A stretch of DNA of 32,000 nucleotides. Origin: Paramicrosporidium saccamoebae KSL3. Its lineage: Eukaryota > Fungi > Cryptomycota. Shown in pieces: positions 1 through 8,451 of the stretch. Position numbers and translations under genes: made by a program. How positions within the stretch are numbered: the stretch's first letter is position 1; every line of letters begins with the position of its first letter. The notes beneath the pieces are model-generated. The model did no database searches. It was not told the origin of the DNA and saw only the letters and a program-made list of their open reading frames with translations. Location: the NCBI GenBank assembly GCA_002794465.1, contig MTSL01000041.1:125306-157305 (forward strand), read 5' to 3'.

Positions 1-170
1 CGCCTCTTTCAGTCGCACTGACCATCCAATCAGATTTGGAAATTTTGTTATAAATATATTGCAGTCCATTGGCCCGGTGATTATCCTGGTGACTACACTC
101 CATTGTCTTGGTGATTACAGCCTATTGTTCTGTTGATTACAATCTATTGCACTGTCCGCTTTGTAAAGAC

Positions 171-869
171 ATGCCTAGAAGGTATATATTATACTTGGAA
201 CCAAACGGGTCCAACCCCTTACTACAGCTCATCAAAGACTTCTTTGAACTAAGCAAAGGAATTGGGCTCAATGAGGCGCAGCAGTATCGTCCGCACTGTT
301 CAATAACTGGCTTCTTTGAAGCTACAACAAACCCACAGGGCGAGTTTGATCCAATTGAGGCGTTTTGCAGACTAATCGACCATGAGTTATCGCGTAGTCA
401 TTTACACGTTGGTCTTGGCGGTATTGAATTGGACCCTAAAGGGAAAGCAAACTCTCCCAGACAAATACCTTCTGTGCGGCTTACTCTGGCCACTGAGGGA
501 GTCCGTGAGATTGCTGCTCTTCTCAAAGATAAAATGTCAAATTATGACGTTCACATTCGCCCCAAGCTTGTGGATCACATATCTTTGGCTTACATCGCAA
601 ACTTTCCTCAAAGGGAACATTCAGAAGGGATCTATCAATTTTGTTCATCCATGACTAATAGCAAAGCCGATTCTGTGCACTATGACCCTCAGGCTTACTT
701 GGAAGCTGCTAGATTACACTTTAAAGACGGCTTGGTGGAATCTAACGAGTGGAATCTCGTCTTGCATGAAGAAGAACATAGCACGTCAATGAACGAGCCA
801 CACAAATTCCATTCAGTGCGTACATGGAACCTGAAATCGCTACTAAGCAAGGCATATCCGGACAGATGA
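171..869 (+). CDS. Stand-alone 2H phosphoesterase-superfamily protein (UBASH3/STS-type 2H domain)
   Basis: Two HxS motifs (PHCSITGFF, DHISLAY). The N-terminus RRYILYLEP..PL...DFFELSK..GLNEA..Y.PH resembles the UBASH3 2H domain as I recall it. First ATG is at 171; the ORF track starts at a GTG at 108. Confidence 0.65.
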   Translation: MPRRYILYLEPNGSNPLLQLIKDFFELSKGIGLNEAQQYRPHCSITGFFEATTNPQGEFDPIEAFCRLIDHELSRSHLHVGLGGIELDPKGKANSPRQIPSVRLTLATEGVREIAALLKDKMSNYDVHIRPKLVDHISLAYIANFPQREHSEGIYQFCSSMTNSKADSVHYDPQAYLEAARLHFKDGLVESNEWNLVLHEEEHSTSMNEPHKFHSVRTWNLKSLLSKAYPDR

Positions 870-907
870 GTAGCGGAGACATCAATTAAAGAGACCATTT
901 CATGCTT

Positions 908-1497
908 TTATTTTTCGTGCTTCCTCTTTTGAGCAGTTGACGATCCCAGCTTTAGAGACTCGTCACTGGCCATCATTGCCCTAGCCTCTGCAGATTCTGG
1001 AGCTGGATATTGTGCGAGGGGGTGCCCGTGAGGTATAGATGGTACCGGTCTCCGCTGTGATGTGATTCGGTAGCTTGCACTAAGCAATGTTTGCTGGTCA
1101 GGCGGGAGTCTAAGGCCAACCTTGTCCTCAAATATAGGTAACGGGACTGCATTTTTTCGAGCACCCAGCTCGAGCAAAAACTAAACTTAATACAACTGTT
1201 GACATGTACATCTCGAGACGGCGGCTGTGCAAACATGTGTTTCAGCTGACTCTTGATTCCAAGCCGAAGATCTTCGAGGTCAAGTTCATTCTTCCCCGCA
1301 TGCTCAGAATAAATGAGACTATCTTGGAGGACATCTGTCGTATATCCTAAACATATAGTAAATTGTACGAAAAATATTTCCATACGATACATAAACTCTA
1401 GTAGCTGCTGAATCACCTTTGGCTCGCACTCGGCTATCCCACTGGAACAAAGAAGAAGGGACACGAGCTTTGCCTCGCGAGGAACCTGCTCAGTCAT
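908..1497 (-). CDS. TAF9: TFIID subunit TAF9 (histone fold), 3 exons
   Basis: Spliced product MTEQVPREAKLVSLLL...EPKVIQQLLEFMYRYTTDVLQDSLIYSEHAGK...PPSRDFLLELGARKNAVPLP...GLRLPP. Introns 1347-1385 (39 nt) and 1181-1209 (29 nt), both GT-AG. Confidence 0.93.
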
Positions 1498-1759
1498 GAT
1501 TAAAAGTAATTGATTTGTTAAGTGCAAGTTGTGTACGAGCCAGGGACTTTAAGTTTTTAGTGAGTGTTAAGATGTGAAAGTATGAGTGTGCGATATAGTA
1601 TACTATGGATCAAAGACTTTAGTAAAGAATTCCCATTACCATGGAGAGAGTGTATTACGGGCAAAAACTCTGATAAAGGATCTTTACCATTCATTATGGG
1701 GAAACTATAATAAACGTTACAGGGGCCCAGATCAAGCGTTAAATACAAGTCTTTACTTT

Positions 1760-1858
1760 CAATCTTGCATATAGCCCTTCACATCAATCTTGCATATAAC
1801 CCCCACATCAATCTTGCATATAACCCCTCACATCAATCTTGCATATAACCTCTCAAAT
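1760..1858. repeat. Tandem minisatellite, 4 copies of a 24-25 bp unit (CAATCTTGCATATAACCCYTCACAT)
   Basis: Read directly; units start at 1760, 1785, 1809 and 1834. Confidence 0.95.
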
Positions 1859-1865
1859 AAATCTT

Positions 1866-2777
1866 TTAGACTTTTTTACAAGAACTTTCTGGCGATTCCT
1901 TCTGAACTAGTGCGCTAATCAAAGACTCCACATTGCATATAGATGGATCCAATTCCAACTCCAGCAGCAAGGGGGCCAAATCTCCAGTGCCGAGGGCTTC
2001 GTCCAGAAAGGACAATGTCTAATGGTCAGGCATGTCTTATTTCCGATTACCTGCTGAAATTGGGGGCTCCGAATAGTAGACTCTAGTTCGTCTTTAGTTT
2101 TCGGAAGATTTGGAGGGATGAATGAAAACAAAGATTCCCTGATTTTGTCATTGTTAAAAAGAGGTGCCAAGTTCTCGATAGTCAACACCTTTGCTAGACT
2201 GAGGCCACTGCCACGTCTCTTTGAAGTAACTAAGAGGATAAGACAAAGACCTTGTCACCGGAACCTGAATTTATAGCCTTTTGAATTGCGTCGCTAGGGT
2301 TTGAACTCGCTGACAATTCAGCGGACGGCGCCACTGCTGGCTTCTTATTTAATAAAATACGGTTCATCTTCTTCACAAACTCGGGGCCATAGTCCTCATG
2401 CTTAGGCTCTTGTAGCCAAAAGTACAATCGAATGGACGAGGTGCGAAATTTTACTGCAAAAGCCTTGCCAGTTGGGCATTGAGGAATCGAAAGAAACTCT
2501 ACTTCTTCTGGAAAAACTATCAGATCCTTGAAAAATGATAAACATTTGCAGCACTTACATCTTCTGGAGAGCTTGCCGAGCGTTCAAACCAGCGAAAGTG
2601 CAACATGCCGTCCTGTTTCAACTACCATAAATGATGCTCATCCATTGTGGCTACCTTTTCCACCACCACATATCCACGCCTCTTATCTGCAACCAACGTG
2701 CTGTCCTGACGGAGTAATTTTCCGGCTTTGAATCGGATAAGAGGCCCTCCCAAATGCGATGCATAGTTACCGAACAT
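1866..2777 (-). CDS. RPN13: Proteasomal ubiquitin receptor Rpn13/ADRM1, 5 exons
   Basis: PRU domain LIRFKAGKL...ADKRRG...LHFRW.ER...EDDLIVFP...YFWLQEPK and C-terminal DEUBAD-like IRSPQFQQ. Four 32-33 nt GT-AG introns join the ORF fragments. Stop TAA at 1866-1868. Confidence 0.9.
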
Positions 2778-2849
2778 GCCAATAACGTCACAAGTATTCG
2801 CGAATTTATTATTAAGTGATTCTTAAAATTACTGTCCCAGAATCCCTCA

Positions 2850-4327
2850 TCAATGGCGATCCGCGGATCGTCCATAGGGATGATAGGAGCGCACTGGATG
2901 TTGAGATGGTCCCTGTATATCATGGTTATACTCAGCCGGTCTATAAGAGTCGCCTCCATATGATGTAGCTTGGCTTGGTGAGGCTGGCCGGCGTGCGTAT
3001 TGCTGTTCGTGCAGATCAGGAGGACCTGGCAGGCGGGAGTCTTCGGCAAATTGGGGCTCGTATTCCCCATGTTTTCTGCGGTCATAGTCGCGGTCTCGTC
3101 GCCGCTCACGGTAGCGTTCTCTGCTAGGACTGCGACTCGGACTTCTTGGCGACCTTGACCGTGATCTGGATCGGCTCTTACTACGCCGGGAGCGTCGGGA
3201 ATGCCCATGTCGGCGGTCATAGCGTGAGGATTCAGACGGATGATACGGCTCTCCCGGCGCAGGTGCTCGGTCAGACGGATGATAGGGCTCTTCCAGCGCA
3301 GACGTTCGGTCAGCTGAATGATAGGATTCGCCCAGGGCAGACACCCGATCAGACGGATGATAGGATTCTCCTACTGCTGACGTGGTGGAAGATGTTCCGT
3401 CATTGTAGCCTCCATTCATTTGGCCCCCCATCGCCGCCATCAATGCTGCATATTGTGTCGGGTCATAAGCACCAGATGCCGGCATCGGTGGTACACCTCC
3501 AGACTGTGACGATCCGTAATACTGACTGTAATATGCTGCCATAGTGGCTGGATTACTGTAGGCTTTCATCATAGCCTCATAATATTCAGGATACTGCTTA
3601 AAATACTCTGTCCAGGCGGCATAGGGATCAGATCCATTATTACTAGCATCTGACTTTGTTGACACTGTGCGTCCCTTGGGAACTGCCAGTTTTACCTCAA
3701 CTCGACGTCCACGAATTCGGAGATCGGCATCATTACAAGCTTTTTGCGCTCCCTCGTATGTGGTAAATGTAACGAATCCGAATCCACGCGAGCGTCCCGA
3801 CTCCCGATCACGCATAAGGATTGTTTCGCAAACATCCCCAAACTGTTCAAAAATTTCCTTGAGATCCTTCTCGTCTGCCTCAATATGTATCCCTCCGACA
3901 AAAACCTTGTTCTCTTCTTTTCCAACTCCCATCTTCGTGCTAGTATGACTGGCGACCTGAGGCGCGGGATGTTGCTGGTCTTTTGGAATCGCACGTTTAG
4001 GATCAATCTGTAAAAGTTTATACCAATGCTATAACCACGGCTAACCTGCTTCTTGTCTAGAATATGTGTTTTTTGCAAGACAATGTCTACTACAACTGGG
4101 TCGGCAAAACTAACAAACCCAAAGCAGCGCGAGCGGCCTGTAGGGTCACGCATTATGTTGCAGTCTGAGACAAGACCAAACTGCTCAAAATATGCCTTCA
4201 AGCCCTCTGATACAGTTAAACCTCAACAATGCTCATACCAGTTGTCGTATTCCAGTGCAGTCCACCAACAAATATTTTACTACACAAGTTACAAATTGGG
4301 TCAGAGTTTGTACCCTTCGTCTCCCAT
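2850..4327 (-). CDS. Hrp1/Musashi/DAZAP1-like tandem-RRM RNA-binding protein with Tyr-rich region, RS tract and C-terminal PY-type motif; 4 exons
   Basis: Spliced MGDEGKIFVGGLHWNTT..EGLKAYFEQFG...RSRCFGFVSF...IDPKRAIP...KVFVGGI...RSRGFGFVTF. It ends with RSRSRS repeats and RSYHPY, like the Hrp1 YHPY NLS. Confidence 0.88.
3231..3372 (-). repeat. Coding tandem repeat, about 3.6 copies of 39 bp (13 aa, GESYHPSDRxSAL-like)
   Basis: Protein reads GESYHPSDRVSAL GESYHSADRTSAL EEPYHPSDRAPAP GEPYHPSE; TCAGACGGATGATAGG-like text recurs on the + strand. Edges are approximate. Confidence 0.9.
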
Positions 4328-4419
4328 ATTCTCGGCACAGCCACTATTGAGTGCGGAAGAGATGATTCTGGTGCGGCCTGACGGCGAGCAAACCTTACTA
4401 GCCGGGGCTGTCGGGCGCC

Positions 4420-4849
4420 ATGACAAAACTTGTTCAGTATGTAATTTTGAACAATGCTGTTATGACCGGTACCTCTGGCTGGTTTCAAATTGGCAAATTT
4501 CTAGGTTGGGGCACTGGAGAAATTGCAACGCAAGCGTGCCATGCCTGCGTAGCAGCAATTTCAACATTTGCGCACTTGCCCGATACGCAAAAATACATTA
4601 GTCCTGAGTGCATACAATCCATGACCAAGGTTCTTCTGGAGGTACCGTCAGTGCAATAGCCGTACCAATAATAACTAGACAACAAGTGATGCGGAATTCC
4701 GTACTACTCTAGACACCTTGAACAAGGCGGGAATTGAACATTATTGCTGGACCGAACAGCCAGAAAACACCATGACCTGTATCGCTCTTCGTCCCTACGA
4801 AAAATCCACCGTTTCTCGCTACCTGAGACAACTAAATCTGCAGCGATAA
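4420..4849 (+). CDS. PTRHD1: Peptidyl-tRNA hydrolase II-family protein PTRHD1-like, 3 exons
   Basis: LVQYVIL...GWGTGEIATQACHACVAAI...MTKVLLE|TTSD...GIEHYCWTEQPENTMTCIALRPYEK matches the PTRHD1 pattern. Introns of 36 and 37 nt. Stop TAA at 4847-4849. The last exon is missing from the ORF track. Confidence 0.85.
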
Positions 4850-4881
4850 TGTCCGGTCCGGGCTCATTTATTAATTATTCT

Positions 4882-7382
4882 TCAGTGAATTGAATTTAGC
4901 GCTTCTAGATGAGCTCGTCGCAAATCTTCAATCACTTTTGGTCCCAATCTGTTCATGCCCGGGATCCGTTCAAATTCAGATTCAAAGTCGGCCTTGAGGG
5001 TAATAAGAGTAGCTCTTGAGATAGCCGCCCAGGCCTTCTCTTGATCAAAAAATCGTACAATACTCTGTTGTTTCCCCTTCAATGCGTTAATAACCGATTT
5101 CGGGATAGCCTTCCTTTCCGTCGCTCTAGAAACCGAGACTATGCGTGCTGGATAATACGGGTATCCCTTGATCTTTGCCCATACAAGTCCCTGGGCCGGT
5201 TCATTCTCCGTCCGCCGTTGTATCATGCTACTGTCCGCGCCAATAACAGATTGTCGAGATGTTCGTTTTAATGGCTCTCCCTTGCTCTTCTTACGAGAAG
5301 GTGGGTGTTCCCTTTTGGTATCGGCGATTTCATCACAGACAGCAATTCCGCCGATTGCAGAAGCCCATATTCCTGAAAAGTGAAAGGTCTTCGTATGCCT
5401 CGTTCGAGCCGAGTTAATCATTAATCTTGCTGTCTGGATAAATTTACAGGCTGATTCGTGGTATACAGTGCCTTCTTTGTTGTACAGGATAGCGTTAGTA
5501 AAGATCAATTCGACATCGTTCTGCGCACATTAATCAGATCAAAAATGCATACTGCGAAATCGTCGATTGAATGGTATTGGTCCTGTGAGGCCTTGAAGGC
5601 GATGGTGGAAATGTCCATCGGATGTTTAATAACGTCATAGTAATCCGGAACAAAATGAGAATCTACAGGTTCATGGAAAAACTTGTCATCGTCTAGTTTT
5701 CTGTAAACTCTATGAGTTACCGTAGTCTCCACAATTACCTTAATTCTGAAATGAGCACCGACAAGACCACATTGATCGGATCCAGTGCAAGGCGAATAAG
5801 ATCCATGTCAATCAATAACGTGGAAAGCTTCAGCTTCTCTCGCTTATAGATCAGCAAACAAAGTTCCTCCAGTCTACGAAGATCCTGCAATAAGTCTTTG
5901 CGGCGTCCAAGGGACTCTTGGACATTTGACAAAATGTCTCCACTTGTCCAAGGCTCCACCTGCAGAGTCTTGATCAGAGCTGCGCCGTGTCTAGAGGCCC
6001 GTTTAAGCGACCAATACCGTGAAATGAGCTCAATCGTTCCCAGTTTGTGTTGAGCACCCATGGATGCACAGGTGGCTGTTTGCAAGAGACAGTCGGCAAT
6101 AGCTTGGCAGATAAACGGCTTCTGAAAAGTTCTTTCTTGACGCCCGTGGCCGGAGGGTTTGTTTAATACATCATTGTTAACAGGACACACTGGGCCACAA
6201 TCCGAAGATGGCGAAAGACCTTCAGGTCCCGTTGCCATTGAGTGCTTAAAGCACATTAGGGTCTTGGAGGCAATGTTCATAGTACATCGCGCGTGGCGTG
6301 CACATTTTGGGTGAAGAGCCATGTGACAGGATTTTATGGAACACTGAATTGGGGCCCCATACTTTTGACGACAAATCTGACAGACCAGGCCCCATCGTTC
6401 CGGATGGATCTTTCCGATATCTATAGGTTCTTGATAGGCTGTATTCAAAACGTGTGTTTCCCCACCAAGCATATATGAGCAGAAAAGATGACACCATGGC
6501 TTTGAAGCCTCAGTTGTCTGTTTGAAAGCACCCGCTTTCCATGGACAAAGGCAGCAGCTAACATCTCCTGCATTCAAGTAACATTTTCTACAAAGCCAAG
6601 GCCCTTCGGGAATTAATGGAACACCGTAACAATCTTGGTGGACGGCAATATCACAACTTTCGCACAGCACGATTAAATTATGTGAGGTCGTTTCACTATC
6701 GCCACATATGTCACAATGGAGTTCTCCGGAACATTTGGATTCGGCTCTGCGTGAAGTCCATCTCTGGGCTGCGCGACTGAGATTAAACCAACCTCTTTCA
6801 AACCGATCCATTAAAAGTTCAAAGTCATCTGGCTCAATGATTGCTTGATTTCGATTCCTTCTGGTTAAATTCAGGTTCGCTAGCCAGTTGGCATCTAGGC
6901 TGTAAGACTATGAGCGCGCAGCTTTACCTTGTTCGTCCATGTCGTACTCTACATCTGGTTCGTAGCCCTCAATAGTCTGTCCAAAATACCCTTCCGTATT
7001 ATTGTAGCCTAATCAATCAATTATATAAAATGAGTCAATAGATACTTCTGTCATTTGCCTCCACCGTCCGAAAACGTCGGTTGATGGGGAAGCACAACGG
7101 TGCATAATCAGCGCGCCGCTCGCTAGCAATTATTCTCGTACTTTTTAATTCCAACTTTCGCACATCGCTGTTCTTGATCCCGCTCTTCCATGGGGTCCGT
7201 GATTTTGCTTTTAAAATTCGTAACTCCCAGTCGTTACGCCAAGCTTCCTCGCAGTGTTGATTAGATACTGGAGGAGCAGATATCGTTTCGAGAGAGACGT
7301 CAATATCTAACACGTTCGGATAGAAACATTTCCAATCATTTTCCTCACGGGGCTTAGTGTTATCGTACGTGTGTGCGCTCAT
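4882..7382 (-). CDS. BRPF1/Nto1-like NuA3/MOZ scaffold (EPC-N, PHD-Zn knuckle-PHD, bromodomain, PWWP), 5 exons
   Basis: VEYDMDEQDANWL; CDICGDSE...NLIVLCESCDIAVHQDCYGVPLIPEGPWLCRKC; bromodomain FFHEPVD...PDYYDVIKHPMDI...LIFTNAILYN; PWWP LVWAKIKGYPYYPA. Four short GT-AG introns join the frames. Confidence 0.9.
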
Positions 7383-7536
7383 TGCACGCACAGGACGAAT
7401 TTATGACCGCGTATGACCCCAGTCGCCCATGACTCGAGAAAGTCATAAATTACACCTGAAGACTCTTCTACGCAGCGGTAGTAATATTGGATGCTCGGCG
7501 GAATTGGAACCCGGTGCCAAGAGCCATAAGAAAACA

Positions 7537-8376
7537 ATGGCTGCGATGGCCGATAAACACGAATGCTACCAATTAGCCGTACAAGACGCGCGTATAGAAG
7601 TGCGCAACTTGGTAAATATTTTTGCCGAGCTTTCACTCACCACGTGTGCGATGCAACGCATTGTGCCAACAATTCTTCTCGAGGATTTTTGTGGCACTGC
7701 TTTGTTATGCCGCGAATGGGTGGCGAAATTTCCTTTACGCAGGGCATACGGAATTGATTTAGATGCTGATGTCCTTGAATACTCTCAGAAGAAGCTCGTT
7801 GATAGCAACTTGGTTGGTTCTGTGCGCCTCATTCAGGGTGACGTATTATGCTCCAAACTTGGCAACTGTCCTCCGCCCCACATAATTGTGGCATTTAATT
7901 ACGGGATTTGCTATTTTCACAAATTCTCCATTTTAGTAGAATATTTTAAACGCTGCAAAAATATTCTTGCACCAGGTGGCCTATTTATTTGTGATTTATT
8001 TAATGCATTTGCGGCCGAGGGATCTGGGAATCTAGGATATAGAAAAGGCTGCGGCGCATTTGACTATATTTTTGAACAGTCGAATATTGACCTGGTTTCC
8101 AATACTTGCCACTGCCATATAAGTTTCAAGTTTAAGGATGGATCTTGGATGAAACGTGCGTTCAGTTATCACTTCCGTATGTGGACGCTTGCTGAAGTGC
8201 GTGACGCCATGTTAGAGGCTGGTTTTGTAAAGGTTGATTTCTTTTTGTCGTATGATGACGGCACAGCCGGGTCTGATGAAAAGACATATACACACGTGTC
8301 ACAAAAAATTACAAATGTCAATCGGCCATGGAGCGCGTATATAACAGGAACTTGCAACGTGGACATGATTTTATAA
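7537..8376 (+). CDS. Class I SAM-dependent methyltransferase (EDFCGTA-type family), intronless
   Basis: Motif I LLEDFCGTALLCREW, GIDLDADVL, IIVAFNYGICYF, LAPGGLFICDLF. ATG at 7537 or 7546. The longer ORF start at 7429 would leave almost no promoter against BRPF. Confidence 0.8.
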   Translation: MAAMADKHECYQLAVQDARIEVRNLVNIFAELSLTTCAMQRIVPTILLEDFCGTALLCREWVAKFPLRRAYGIDLDADVLEYSQKKLVDSNLVGSVRLIQGDVLCSKLGNCPPPHIIVAFNYGICYFHKFSILVEYFKRCKNILAPGGLFICDLFNAFAAEGSGNLGYRKGCGAFDYIFEQSNIDLVSNTCHCHISFKFKDGSWMKRAFSYHFRMWTLAEVRDAMLEAGFVKVDFFLSYDDGTAGSDEKTYTHVSQKITNVNRPWSAYITGTCNVDMIL

Positions 8377-8451
8377 AACCTCGGTTTTTATTAATCGCAG
8401 CGCTGGGTTGACGCACAAACCATGAAATAGGCCCAAAGTACTCATTCAAAA

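Noticed and set aside
2651-3544. Alternative-frame ORFs 2651-3220 (-) and 3146-3544 (+)
   Set aside because: They overlap the low-complexity, repeat-coded tail of the RRM gene and have no independent support.
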